64,000 bases of DNA from NCBI GenBank assembly GCA_012026655.1, contig JAAILG010000077.1, positions 62,001-126,000 of the forward strand. The letters are read 5' to 3'. Numbering within the stretch: the stretch's first letter is position 1; each line of letters begins with the position of its first letter. The notes beneath the pieces were generated by a model. The model worked only from the letters and a program-made list of their open reading frames with translations, was not told where the DNA came from and searched no databases. This document shows, piece by piece, positions 14,111-28,259 of the stretch. The DNA comes from Hydrolagus affinis (Eukaryota). The position numbers and the translations under genes are program-made.

Positions 14111-14508
14111 ACAATCTTGTCCATGGTGAATCTCAACTTTTTTTTAACAATAACATCAAAAAATCTAACAGTGTATCAGAGTTCTGACTATGCACTTAGT
14201 TACACATGTGGAGAATTCTCAGAGGAGTTCAAACAATGCAATGGAGAAATAAGAAGTGAAACTTTCAACTCCACATTCCTTTCCCCTGCAAACGATAGAG
14301 GTTCATTTCAAGGGGTGCCCAGCAGCATAAACAGGTATAACACACCTAAATTTACAAACAACTCAAAATTATACGGTAACATGTTCTGACGCAAAGGATA
14401 CCCTTTGGAAAGCTTAGGAACCACACAGAGAACTTAAACGTTTAGTTTAAAATAGTCTATGTCAATAAATAAGATACATTAGGAAATTAATCTCTATCAA
14501 CTGTATAT

Positions 14509-14790
14509 TGTGGAATTCTGTAGCTCAGTAGTTAGAGCACTCGCCTTGCAAGCGAGAGACCTGGGTTCAATTCCATGCAAGGCGAAACCTTGGGCCAGTT
14601 TCCTTACTCAACACGCCTAATAATAATCACTCAAAAGAATCCATGACTGTTTGTGCGATACTGCTGTGTGCAATTGGCTGCCACGTTCAGTCCACATGTA
14701 CAGTCAATTCACTTTACAGTATATTCTGTGAAACACTTTGAGACGTCTGGAAGACGTGCAAAGCACTATATTAAATGCAATTATTTATTG
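14509..14790 (+). mobile_element. tRNA(Ala-like)-derived SINE, near full length
   Basis: A box (TAGCTCAGTAG), TTGCAAG anticodon-like loop, B box (GGTTCAATTCC), Deu-like core TGCTGTGTGCAATTGGCTGCC, L2-like tail; many copies in this window. Confidence 0.92.
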
Positions 14791-17700
14791 ATATGATAAA
14801 TCAATCGTAAACGAACGATAATGACTGCCAAGTCAAAGCACATAGAATTTTAAAGCACATCAGTGAGTTTGTGGAACAAAATTCTAATGCTGACATTCTT
14901 CAAAGTAAGGCTGGGACCAATTGGTGATGTTTCAGTCAGTGCACCTGTAGAATGCACACAGAGTCAAAAAAGGGTAATTTATTCAGTATTGAATCTAAAA
15001 TTCAGTCTGAACTCTGAACACAAGTGACAGATCTCAAACTTGCAAGAACGCTTGTGTAAAGCAAGTTTCCCTCAGTCGGAAGGGTTACAATTTGAATGTT
15101 GGGCAACTTAACTAAACACAACTGTTGCTCATACCCACAAAATATTTGCTGGTCAGTACAAAGGCTACATGCACTATGGTTGGTGGGGCCCTGTAGAATC
15201 CAATATGAATGATACAGAAGATCTGTTGTGCCAGAATGTTTGCTAGATTTATGATGGCATAACTACGTTATTTATAAGATTATAGAAAGTATTGTTTCTG
15301 GCTCTTTTGAGGACCTTAGAAATTATCAGCTCTCACTCGAATCTATTCTCAGCAAGAAGGTGACATGCATGAAAGCAACCAAATTATAGACTATGATAGA
15401 CTGCCAACAGAGGAAAGAACCTATTACAGACATATGTTAGACAAGGTCAGACATTTCCATATTCACCATACATAGAGATACGAATTGTTAGGTCTCTGGT
15501 ATCATTTCATTTCTATCTACCCATCTGTCTATGCACTTTGACAACAAATTTACTTGGTAATGCAAATCTTTATGCGTTAAAAGATTCAGTTATTTTCATA
15601 CCATCTCACACCTTCATCAATGGAATGTGTTGATTAATGCAGCTTTCATGCAACCAGTCCAAGATTTGCATCCAGTCTCTACCTAGTCTCGTTCTACTGT
15701 ATTTTCTTATTGAAATTTCATTTTTCAGCATCCCACACTTTAACCTGGTTCCATTATAAATCCTTATTCTTCCCTTGGGTTGTATTACAATTCTTTCCTG
15801 GCCCGTAATAGATAAGAAATGTAAAGAATCCAGAAAGACAGATGGCTCACTGGGTAAGAATTTCAGGACATCTGCATCACGGAAGCTATCAGCATTAAAC
15901 TGTTAATAGCTTGTCACGGAAATCATGTGTAGATTTCAGGTGTTGGCCAACAAGCTGTGAAGAAGGAATAGCCATGCACGAATAGATAATTAATAGATAA
16001 CGACCATTTCAATGCTGTCAAGATTTTCCAATTAAAGAATGTAGTGAATGCGTACTATAAAATATGGACTGAAAGTTCTATTGCACTATACACTATCAGA
16101 ATTTACAGTCCTTACAGATGACGGAATGTGGTTGCCAAAAATAAATCATCCAACCATGGAGCCTCAGTAAAAAGAGAAAATACTTTATCATATGTGATTC
16201 ATTAAAAAACTTGACACCTAGACATCTTAGACTCTTAGCAATAATGTTATAGCATTTGGAGCAGAATATAGGCCAGATACAGAAAGCGCAGACAAGAGCC
16301 CCGAGTCTACCTATAGCACCAGCAGAAACTGCAGGATAATCACTCAAATGGCGCTTTTAAAAAAAAAAAATCAAAATTACGGCAAGATATTTAGCAACAA
16401 TTCTCAGTGCCATCAACCACAACGCAGCAAGTTTCATTTAAAAGCAATTTGCCTGAGATAATACAAGCTATGTGTGTGACATTACAGTAAATTGGTGGAT
16501 TCAGTGGAGACTACCACCCCAGTGATGAGAAGACTTTTGACAGCTTATACATGTAGTGAACATACTTGATATATGCTTTTGATTAAGAGTCTAATACCCA
16601 CTGATGAGGCAAGTCCCTGTAGCCAGGTATACATAAATAGACAATATATAATAACAATTCACTTCTACTTTAATTGGATGTTGCTAGAAAAGTGCTCGAA
16701 CTCCTCCGCAGAATTCAAATCATTATTGTGGCAATACACACTTAGTCAGGGCACCAGAGAGGTCAGTTTGTTGTCGGGCACCACTCAATAGTAAGATTTG
16801 GTTCTCGTCGAGGACAGATCATGAGCCACACCACACTTGCTCAATTTGATTGACACATTTGGGAAAATGTTGTTTTTGAGATTAAATCAGAAGCAGCCCC
16901 AACTTCTTTGAACTGCTTTCCAGAATCTTACAGTTCATTACCAGACTGAGAGCTTCAGAAAGAAATGAAATATGTGAGGATAATAGCTTGCTTTGACTGA
17001 TCATGTACTTTTCCAACTGAACTATTCCACACTAATGAAAAGGGTAGAGGTGGATCTGCTATGATGGCAGTAGTTGGATCTCTATGGGGAGTTGGCATGC
17101 TTAAAATATCACAGATGTTTTTCCAATGTTTTCTCAAATGTTGAGAAAAGACTCACATTTGCCAAATGTTCACATGGGGAAATTAAGTTGCCTTCTCTCT
17201 AACTAAAACACAACTAACCTTTCACCTATGCAACACAGAAAACAAGTCTCAGCCCACAACACGTAAACTTGTCTTCAATGATTTGCCAAATTCTTACATC
17301 AAGTCACTGACATGTTAAATCATATAACAGGGAAAATGGGATATAACAAATTTGGGATTGTAGTCTTTTTAGTGGAATGTATTGGAAAGAATATGGTGCC
17401 TATTGGGCTGACAAATGTTATTTACAACTGCTGATGAGAGATGAATGAGCTAAAGCTATAGGAATATTACTGCAAAACTGTAAGATAACTGAACAGCTAT
17501 CAATCAGATACATGAATATTATGAGGGAAATCTTCATCACAATACAATTAATGAATCTTTAATAGTTAAAGAACAGAAGGTCATAAATTCCACACATTCC
17601 ACCCAATAGCCTATTAAGATTATTTTGGCTTAAATTTAAGTTTGGACAGAATTGTGGAAAATTCTTAATTTCAGTTGGAAGCTAATTCCTCTTAAGAAAG

Positions 17701-19992
17701 GTGGAAACTTAATTTGGAAATAATCATTGGAAATTAACAGATTGATGAAGTAGAAAATCGGAACAAAAGAAATGGATAGGATAGAATGGTAGACAGAATT
17801 ACCCTCTACCAATACTATCAACAACAACACTAGGCAGGCAGGCTTATATAGAAAAGTAATTTCACAATTATGGTTCAAAGATGGAAGCAATTATGCCTCA
17901 GAGTTTATAAGTTGACTAAAAGTTACAAAATCATCAAACAATATTTTTAACATTAGTTTTTGAAGTGCCAATTGAAAATACTGATCTCAGCAATTTCAGT
18001 TCATGTAACTTTTTGATATATTCGTTGGAAACATTGACTGGAACTCTATGTGTAGCCTTGAACAGGTTTGATGCTGAACTGAAAGGTGTAGAGTTGATTA
18101 AAATCTTTCAGAGTTTATTAAAGAATGGGCTCTTAATTAACTCAAAGTCCTCTATTCAAGTGAAACCTGCTGAGACCTGGATTGTGGCCATTAGATATTG
18201 TATTGCTCAGAGTAAGTCTTTCAAATTCAAATAGTGTTGATAGAATATAGTTCTTTGAGTGTCAAACATTGTGGGGATTAGTGCCACTGGTTAACCAATA
18301 AGACTGTTCAAAACACACGCATTGTGTAGTAGTTGCCCTTAAGGAGGACTTTATTTATTTAACCCTTTACAATACTTCCTTTTACACCCTGGAGGAATTT
18401 TACTCCCACTTTATCACCATCACTGGCAGATTTTAGTCTCTTTGATGTTTTGCAGTCTTTCCTGCACTTGATCTCTATCAGTCTTTAGGTCCCACTTTTA
18501 AACTTCCCTCTCTGACTACCTCGATGGTCACATCCTCTCCCATCCATCCCTCAAAATCACCGTAAATCTCTGAATGCAGGAAGCCAAGTAAATGTAGGTT
18601 GTCATCACAGCTGGTCACTGGGAAGAACTCTTGAAAGTTGACGGATCGATCATGTTTCTCTCATCTCGTTAAATTAAAATATGATATAATCATTTAAACA
18701 CTTGTTTTCATTTAAAATATATTCATGCACAAACCCTGTGTGTGAAAGTTGCAATTATAGTGAAATAAAATGAAGACTAAAGGGTTTAATGCCAATAAGG
18801 ATGTTGTTGCGCAGATGTTATTCCCCAAAAGTGGAATGAGATGCCAACCCCATAGGTTCTTCTCATACATGTGGGTGCAATATAATTGTTCTTTCAAATC
18901 TCTATACAAACTGGAATTTGTTTTTGGTACATGAACAGCAGTTTCCTATTCCAAACTATTAAACTATATGTATAGGCATGGTGCCATTTTGGAGCCTTAC
19001 CAGGGTTTGTTTGGAAATAATTTTGACTGAAAACAGATTCTACCTTGTAGTAAAATTACTCTTGCGCACGGCTATGTACCACAAACAGCCATGAAGTAAG
19101 TGACTGATTTTATTTGGAGGATAAACTTGGAATTGGAATATAAATCCAACAAAAACACCTTGGATTTATATACCACCCTCCACTCCAGCGTACTAAAATG
19201 CAATACTGTACTTTTTAATCTTGCAAGCTGTATGACATTCGTTTAAAAAAAAATTGGCATTTCCTTTCAAGAAATCTTTGTGACAGGAGCAAATTTGCCA
19301 TGTTAGTTACTGAGGTCAGTTGATGGTGATCTATTGGGCAGAATCGTGTTGCAGCGATTTACCACTTCAAGCCCCTTAACATTCAATCATTATTTGAAGC
19401 AGTATGGAAAAAATGCCAAGGCTCTTCAAATGGCTTACTCTTAGTGCTTCAAATAGCTGACTTTTTAAAAAATGTTAACATCACACAGACACACGCAAAA
19501 ATAATCTTTCCTCACATACCTACATCCCGGCTTTCATTTCTGGAAACCATCACTGTTTTCAAACACAACACATCTGTACACTTTTATGCTTTAATGCGCA
19601 GTTGTTTATCTAAGTCTCAATAACAATAACAAACATGACGTTTAAGGCTCAGTGAGACATTCACAACCTTCTTCATGTCACGATCAAGTACATACTTTAG
19701 ACAAAGGATCAAGAACTAGAGTTCCTCTCTCACACGTATTTCCCTGAGAATCATTTCTTCATATCCAGGAGGGCTGTGGCCACTTCAAGACAATTTGAAG
19801 ACCTTTGCAGGAGGAACATTAATAGCCTGATGTTAAATTGTGTGTTATTGATATGCTGATGTTTTAACTCACCATCATTTACACCGCAGCCGACCACAGA
19901 AATGATTGGCTAATCGATTGATGGGGCAAATCAGTAATCTGTAAGAGGCAATTAGCATTATGCTATATTTATTGCCCAGAACCTTAATTTGT

Positions 19993-20305
19993 TGTGGAAT
20001 CCTGTAGCTCAGTGGTAAGAGCATTTGCCTCACAAGTGAGAGACCTGGGTTTGATTCCAGGCAGGGCAAAACCTTGGGCAAGCTTCCTTACTCCACACGT
20101 CTGATAATAATCCCTCAAGAAAACAATAAAAATTGGTCACTCAATCCATTACTGTTTGTGGGACACTGCTGCGCGCAATCGGCTGCCGTGTTTCGCCCAC
20201 AAATATACACCAATTAATTTTTACCGTATATTCCGTGAAGCGCTTTTTAGAACATGTGGAAGATGTGAAAAGCACTATATCAAATACAAGGATTATTATT
20301 ATTAT
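19993..20305 (+). mobile_element. tRNA-derived SINE, full length
   Basis: Same family: tRNA head, core, tail ending (ATT)n. Confidence 0.93.
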
Positions 20306-20383
20306 GATTGTTTCCTGTTTTATTGACATACAAAGCAAATGATAATTAAAGGATTGAACCTGCTGGACATTCCATTCATGCCA

Positions 20384-20457
20384 CTTTACACTGTGTTGGG
20401 CACAAAGATGTGATACAGTGTGCTGTATCACATCTTTGTGCCCAACACAGTGTAAAG
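20384..20457. repeat. Perfect inverted repeat, 35-bp arms, 4-nt loop
   Basis: CTTTACACTGTGTTGGGCACAAAGATGTGATACAG-TGTG-exact reverse complement. Confidence 0.98.
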
Positions 20458-21167
20458 CATTATAAAGCAGTGGACTAGGTCCAATGCTTGTATAGTCAGG
20501 CGCTTCTTCCAATAATAATCTTTGTAATTGATTCAGTGCAGCTTATCACATTGTTAAGAATGTTTCGCAAGATTTTACTGTACAGTGTAGTGTTTATATT
20601 TCTTGTACATTGCGTGCAGCAAGCATCGTCAGCAACAACCTGACAATGCTTACCTTCAATCTTAATCCCTGTGCTATATGCATTTCCACATCTTCACTGT
20701 TTCATCTTCCAGAATGACCTCCAAATACAGTAGGCAGTAAGTAATCAGTAAGACTCATTGCCTGGCAGTAGCTGTCTGGGTGGTGTTAGAGAATCATGTG
20801 CTACTTTTCCTCGTCAAATGCGTTTTTATTTCTTTGATCCTTCTGTCTGTGCTACTGAAGTAGCCAATACTATTCTAAATTACATGGAAAATGCCTCATA
20901 TCTCATTCTACATCTTGGTCCAATTCTATCTGCCATCTCTTATAAATATTCTGCTTTCCCTACTAGGCATCTTAATCGGTCTAAAGTGCTTTAGGCCAAA
21001 ATATCTCTGCTCAGAATCTCGTAACACTCAGTATGTTCACTAATACAGCTCCTCAATGAAACTGCACTAAGAAGAACATTCAACTCTTATATCAGATGGA
21101 ATAGTTACATTTCCACCAATCCTAAAGCTGTGCCTAACAGTTCCCTTCCTTGCCAAGTTTCTAAAAG

Positions 21168-21579
21168 AACAACAGCAAAATTACATTTGTATAGTGCCTT
21201 TCATGTCCGGGGCACATCCCAAGGTGCTGGACATTCAGTGTTTCAAACCAGAGCTGAAGGATGGGATCAGGGAGGATGTAGAGTTGGGGTGGAGGGGAGG
21301 GGAAAGGAGGGGGATCAAAACCACTGTGCTTCTAGATATCTCAAAGTGCTTCACAGAATTGACTGTATATATGTGGGCGAGACGCGGCAGCCAATTACGC
21401 ACAGCAGTGTCCCACAAGCAGGCGTGGATTGAAATGACCGATTTATTATTATTTTATTTGAGGGATTATTATCAATCGTGTGGAGTAAGGAAACGTGCCC
21501 AAGGTTTCGCCCTGCCTGGAATTGAACCCAGGTCTCACGCTTGTAAGGAGAGTGCTCTTAACCATTGAGCTATAGGACT
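21168..21579 (-). mobile_element. L2 3' end (21168-21312) next to a tail-truncated SINE (21329-21579)
   Basis: L2 tail matches 32470-32600; SINE core and head match the family. Confidence 0.85.
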
Positions 21580-23105
21580 TGGTTTAAGACTTCTCCTTCT
21601 CTCCACTTGCTCCATAGCTCTTTTGGTATAGAATATATCAAACGCAATCTTCCTTGACTTGTTCCATGTCAGCAGTGCTACTTGCTACAATCATTCATTG
21701 GTCCTGTGAATTTTCTCCACTGTTCCTCTTAAAATCTAATAGCATGGCCTTTTATTCCTCTTCCATCAGTGTTATTTTATTGTAATCAAAACTCTACATT
21801 ATTTCTAGAACTTGAACTCATTCTTTCCCAGGAACTCAAGGTTGTGGACCTCCAATTCCTCAGATAAGTTGTAGGCTTTTTAACACCAAAGCTTGGCATA
21901 GCCAGAACACTACTTGAATGACAGTTTTATCAGCAACCTTGAATGTACACTACCACTGTGAATGCAAGTTTTAAAAAAGCCAACTTCAGAACAATATTAG
22001 AACCTTAACCTATTGAAGGGCTATTGTTAATAATAATAACAATCCTTGCATTTGATATAGTGCTTTTCACATCTTATCGTTGCCTTTCATGGGATAAGGA
22101 CGCTTCAGAATTGTGGAGTACATCATTTGCAATACCTGTTAGTGATTGAAATATTGCAGCAGTGCAATTGTTTTTAACGTCTTGTATATAATAATGAGCC
22201 GTAAAGCTATTGTCTTGCTTCTGTTCGAAAGCACAATGTGAGACTTTTTCCTTTGAATCCCGCATCGTAAATTCTTGATTGCCATTGATAATATTCAAAT
22301 ATTATCAAAGATCATCGAGTCTTCATTAGAATTCGAAAGAGATGTAAAACAGCTGCTTCTCTACTTGAACTGGCACTTCAAATTTAATGCGTGTGCTTCT
22401 CAACAATAGAACTCAACTACTTTTCAATCACTCTGTGTGATCCTCTCAGGAGCTGCTCTATTCCCGTGGGGACGCCGATACATGTGTGCAGAATTATCAG
22501 GCGAGTTACAGCACAGACCGTCCAACCCAAAGGAAATTTAACTGAGTTAAGCCTATAAAAGTTGTTGAGATTTTTGAGTTGTCAAATATTTAGGACTTTA
22601 GCATTTTCAGGTAAGTGGACAACATACGTTGGGTTCTGCAACAGCTGTGTCAACTTTTATTGTGTTACCCAATTCTACAGGTGCATAGAACAAGAAGGTA
22701 CAGAAGAAACACACTGACTTCAAGAGAGAGAGAGAGAAAAATATGACAGCGATGGCAAAGGGAAAAAAGTCTCCAGAGAGAAGAAAGTGAAAAAGAGAGA
22801 AAGCTTTAGCGACTGAAGATGAGAGAAAGAAAATAAACCACTCCAGTCTTTTTATTCTTTCTTTCTCTTTCCTTTCTCTCTTTTTCATCTTCTCATCCGA
22901 ACATAGGGTATTCAGTCTTGTGAGTCTTTATTTCCAACGAGAGAAGCCAAAAGGGATACATCAAACTTGCAGAAGAACGTAGCAAGTGAGGAAACATGCT
23001 TCTTAACCACTAAATTAGTTGCTTCCTTGGTCTTAGAGAGAGAGAGTGGCCAGGGAAGGCAAAGACTGCGCTGCTGTTGTGTCCAGAACAATAGTGAGTA
23101 CAATT

Positions 23106-23226
23106 ATAGAATCATAGAATTATCCAGTACTGGAGGCCATTCGGCCCATCATGTACTCACTGGCTCTTTGAAAGGTGCTATCCAAACCAATCCCACTCCC
23201 CCACTATTTCTCTGTAGCCCTGCAAT
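23106..23226 (-). mobile_element. CR1 3' end
   Basis: (TAGAATCA)n tail and GGAGGCCATTCGGCCCAT motif. Confidence 0.8.
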
Positions 23227-25019
23227 CGGTACCCACCTTCACTAAAGCAAAATACATTCCTTTACGTTGCAGTCTTTGAGTCTCAAGATTAAAAACAAAT
23301 AGGAAGTTAACCATGATATTAAATCTGCCTGTGTGGGTCCGGGCAGAGTTTGTCTTCATTGAAGACCCAGTGACAGGGTGTCCAAACCAAACACGTCTTG
23401 CTTCCCATTTACTGCTTAGATGATCCATATCATATCATAACTACAGCAAGAGAAGAAGTAATCATTCATTCCTTTTGATGCGTCATTGCTTGGAAGCAAC
23501 TCTTTTTGTTGAATGAAAGAAGGCCAACACCAATTCAATGTATTATTTTAAAGCTCAACTTTCTTTTGGTGGTGGTGGGAGAGGGTGGGTGGGGGGGAGG
23601 GAGGGAGGGAAGAAGCTAATAGTTACCAAGAGAATTGAATGAAAAATCTCTACAGTTCGTTCAGGAACTGGTGGTGGATTTTGAAAAAGTTTACAGATTC
23701 TAGTTTTTATTCCCCATTTCCGACCCACTACCACCTCAATTTCCGACAAGGTGAGCGATTTTACGGGTTATCAGAATCTGCCTCAGCATCTCTTTTCGTT
23801 TGCATCTATTTTCAAAAATACCCAAAGGCATCATTTCTTTTAGACTTTCTTTTGAAATGTTACCAAAAGTCTAACTACTGTTCTTTCCCCCTCTGTTTTT
23901 TTTCCAGCAATCCCTTTATCTGGCTTTCATTACGGGTGTGCTCAGCCTCTTTTGTGGGGGAAACTTCAGGGAGCCAGTCACTTTCTCAGCTCTGTGATGT
24001 TCTTCGAGATTAAAAAAGAGCTTTGAAGCTGCTGCAGTTCTCTGTAAGCCCCGTGGTACAGAACCTCTGAAAGACCCAAGCCATCTGGCAACTTGACATA
24101 AAGAAGAAATAAACTGATTGAAACTGTTTCTTCAAAGCAACAATGGCTGGCTGGCAGATTTGTTGATTTGTGCTTTGTCTTTCATGTGTCGCACTCGTAT
24201 GTCACCAGAACACCTAAGCAATCGCACAGAAATGATTGGAAAAATCTACGCAGATTTCCATTCTGTCTGAAAGCCCACAGCCACAATCACTAACAGTAAT
24301 TAATTTAACCTGCTGTGATCTGATCACTAATTACAGATAATAAACCTGATTTGGTATTCATAATGAAACCCACATGCTGTAGTACAGTTTCCTCTAAGGA
24401 TGACTTCAACAATCTGACCATAAAAGTGAAAAAAGATGAAAAGCTCATTTATATACCGTCTCCAACTGCCTGGTAAAGCTTTTAAGATGACAGTGAGACA
24501 TCAGAGTGTAAATCATATACATAGTGGTAGTTTTATTTGATCATGTGTTGTCAAGACACTGCCAATCTACTTGTATTTTTGAAATATAGTTTCCAGCTTG
24601 GCTTTTTTCCGTACCTCCACACAGCCTTGTGCATGATTGATTTATCAACTCTTTCTTGGCACAATATAGCACAACAGATAGTGCAAGAAATTTAGCCTGA
24701 ATAGAAATTCTTAACTCATTGGATTTCAGATTCCGCCCCAAAATGTGTAATGTAATAATGTTAATGAGCAGTTTAAAAAATTTAAAATTAGTTCAATTGA
24801 AAATTTAGCTGCGGGTTGTGATTTAATGAACCAATTGTAAAATATTAGATATTTTTAGCATTAGTGTGAGCAACACAGTATCAGGATATAGCTGATAAAG
24901 TGACTAGTTTCCACACTTTTTAGTTCCTCTGAACAAAAATCTGAATCGCACACCTCTGCTAACCACATCCAATCAAGAATTTAAAGTTTTTTTTTAAATC
25001 AGCAAAAAGTTAAGATAGG

Positions 25020-25170
25020 CAGGAGAGGGAGAGGCAACGAGACTCCAGGATGGAGTTCCAGAGGGTGGGAGCAGAGAGGCTCAAGATCCGATGGGCGGGT
25101 AAGCTGGGGCATAGCCGACTGCTCGCTGAGAGGACGGAACAGGCAGGTGGTAATGTTCTAGCAGGTTGCA
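25020..25170 (-). mobile_element. L2 fragment
   Basis: LSAPTLWNS motif in the minus-strand ORF. Confidence 0.7.
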
Positions 25171-27893
25171 GAGGTACAGAGGAGTAAGTAAAAATGGAAC
25201 AACCAACCCCCCACTTGTGTAAAATGTTCCATAATACCTGTTGAGCATACATTGGTTGAAAGATGTTTAGCTGCTTTGTATCCACCGTAAATCTACAATA
25301 AAGGCTTGACCTTCAAAGTGCATATCCCCATGATGATTCTAAGAGCAGTTGCACTTTGCTGTAACACAGCATGTAACCAGTGTACGTTAGCAACTGAATT
25401 CCATGTGGGCAACAATATTTTCATCCAAGTATTAATAATTTAGATACTTCTTTATTTCCCTTCCTTTCGATACCTGCAGGCCTGTGTGTCAGCTTGTATC
25501 TCCAGGCAAATGGATATTGCCTCTGGGCATGCCAAATTGTCCAGCAGTAATTTATTTGGGAAGATGGTAAGCAAATGACCCAAAGGTAGTATGGTAAACG
25601 TAAGTCGTAACAGTTGGGACCAACCATACATTTAATACAACTTATGCAAAATATGAGTTATGTCAAACTTGCATAAGTTTTAGGAAATTCAATGGGACGT
25701 GGGCAGATGTACGACTCAGGCAATCATACGATTTATACAGATCAGACCTACCTATGCGAATTTTACTGTTGTGTGTTTACCGATTAACAGAGTCATAAAT
25801 CCTGATGATTCTGAAACTTTGTTCCCCATGTGGATCTAATCAGAAGTTTGTCTGACGAACGCTCCAGATTTCACATCTTCGGGAGCAGCACAGTGAATCA
25901 AGCTTTTGTACGCTCCCAATGTTGGTAAGCAGTGTCATCCCATCCATCCAAAGTCAGGTCTTGAAGATGCCTAAACTAATATATTGTCTCTCTATAGTTA
26001 CATGACAGTATCCAAATGAGAAGAAAGTTTGCTTTAGTTCCAGCTCAGTGCACCTGTCGAGAGGTGTGCAAGAGAAGGTTGATGACATGGCAAGAGTAAA
26101 TTGATTCCATGGGAACTTCTGGAACATAGTTGAGACAGGTGAAAAATAAGCTGGAGCAAATTTACCAGAAAGACAGACAACTTCCCCACTGAGCAAGGAA
26201 CCTATAAAAGTTAACATGTAACTCTACACTCCCAAGCCAATTGTAGTCACGAACATACTGACAACATGTTCTGACATTACCTGAGCTACAAGTCTCTCAG
26301 CCAATGTCAAAAGGATTCAGAATCAGTGTCCTAATAATTTTTTTTTAATCCAGGCCAAAATGATCAATTGGACTTATTTGTTTAATTCCTTTAAGGCCCC
26401 TGAGCCAACTCAATTAACATTTTTCTAGTACAATGACTTATGTGAACCTTCTAATGGAAATTAAAGAGGCCATTCTCTCTGATGAAAGGGACTGATTTAC
26501 TGAAGTAGTTTACGAAAAAAAGTCACTTTCAATCTTGCTCTTGTAACAATACTTTGTCTCATATCTTTTTCATACAGTGCAACTTAAACAGGGTTAAATG
26601 TGTGATGATATCCTCTTACCAGTCAGACATCTCAAGGTGGAAGAGTCAGGTGGACATGGTCTTTCCTCTGGATTGGGCAGCACTCCAAAAGATTATGTTT
26701 CAACATATTAATTTGTGCTGTTATGAAGAGCCCATGAATTTTATTGGCACTTGGGGTCTGTCAAGCGCACATAGCTCCCACCATTAGCAAAGGTTTTGAC
26801 GCGAGTTTTAAGATGACTGGGTAAGTGAGCACCATTCCGACTTTTGTAAGTTTAATCTCTCAGACGATTTAAAAGTGGCTAGGCCTATTATCTCCCTTTG
26901 ATCTCCATTTTGGATCCCAAACCTCTTAGCGTGGCTTTGTCTCGGTTTTTCCTCAATTGTAAGGCGTTCTTGGGAGGTTGAGCTCATGTTTGGACTTATT
27001 GCTAATTGTTGTCAGATGACCTTAGTACGAGAAGCACAATTTGTGCACAAATGCTCGTTTGTGGCAGCACATAATAAAGGTGGAATTCTCCCATGAAAAT
27101 ACAGAGTCACACCACTTTACAGCACTCTGTAATCCTGTGAGATGTCCCAACGCTGCGATAAGGCGCCATATCAAAAGCAAGGATTATTATTATTGCTGTA
27201 CTATATGTTTCCTGCCCCCAGAGCATCACTCGTAGGACCACTGAAAATCACTGAGTGGAGGAGGTGCCCTACTCTGTGCTACAATCTAGCTTTCTTCTCC
27301 TGCTGGTGTGAATGGAGAGAAACAGAGAAGGAAACTAAACTCGCCATTACTCTTCTTAACGCTTCTTTAAATATACAGTACGGAGCTTTATTAACAAGAT
27401 CAAAGTCTTCTTCATGGTTGTCCAGGAGATAATGTCACATGATCTTGTGGGGGGGGGGGGGGGGAATAATTAAACATATACTGCCTTGGGCATTTTTTTT
27501 TGCTTTACTTTGACTATATTCAATAGCAGAACATGGCACAGGGTGACAAAAGCATGTGAAACAAAACTGATTAGTATGCACATTAAATATTCATTTGCTG
27601 TTGCACAGCACAATAGGGGGTACGGAAAGATATTCAGGGCTTCAGCACTACCTTCAGAAGCATGATAGAAACCGCACAAAAAGAAGACAAAAAAACACCC
27701 AAAGTCGTGTTTGCTGTTGCATCGCACCTGGTTTAAGGCTTACTCTATCGATGCCGTTTGCAAGGTGCACTACAATGTGCAAAAGATATTATCATTTTTG
27801 CCATGATAATAAGAAAGATGTTTTAGTTGGGGGATGCAAAACTAGAATCTCACAGGATCGTTCTTTGCGGTTAATCGTATGATTTCACTGTCA

Positions 27894-28259
27894 TCCTTGC
27901 GTTTCGTAGAGCACCTATCATTTTTAAACTTCTCAAAGTGCTTAAAAGTAATTGCTGTTAAGCATGATGCTCGCTTAACTGTGGCAACTGTGTATTTACA
28001 GGCAAACGCAGCAGGAAATTTAAACACAGCAATGTCCCACAAAGCTACCATGAAATTAATAAGTAATTCATCCAGGGTATTGTTGGCCAGGACACTATGA
28101 GAAATTCTGTTCTCTTTTTGAATGGTGCTGTGGGATCTTTAACATCCATCTGAACAGCCAGATGGAACCTTGATTTAATGCCAGCCCAGACTGTGAGTTC
28201 AAAGTCCCAATGTGAGACTTGAACCAATAACCTTCTGACTCAGAAGTGACAGGGCTACT
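27894..28259 (-). mobile_element. Old Deu-domain SINE (SacSINE1/AmnSINE1-like)
   Basis: Reverse strand reads tRNA-like head, AAAGATCCCACAGCACCATTCAAAAAGAG...GTGTCCTGGCCAACA...TTTGTGGGACATTGCTGTG, then an L2-like tail; recalled Deu consensus. Confidence 0.75.

Noticed and set aside
14509-14585. tRNA-Ala-like sequence (also at 19993, 33413, 40401, and ending at 54274 on the minus strand)
   Set aside because: These are SINE heads: each is followed by the same core and tail and none has an intact acceptor stem
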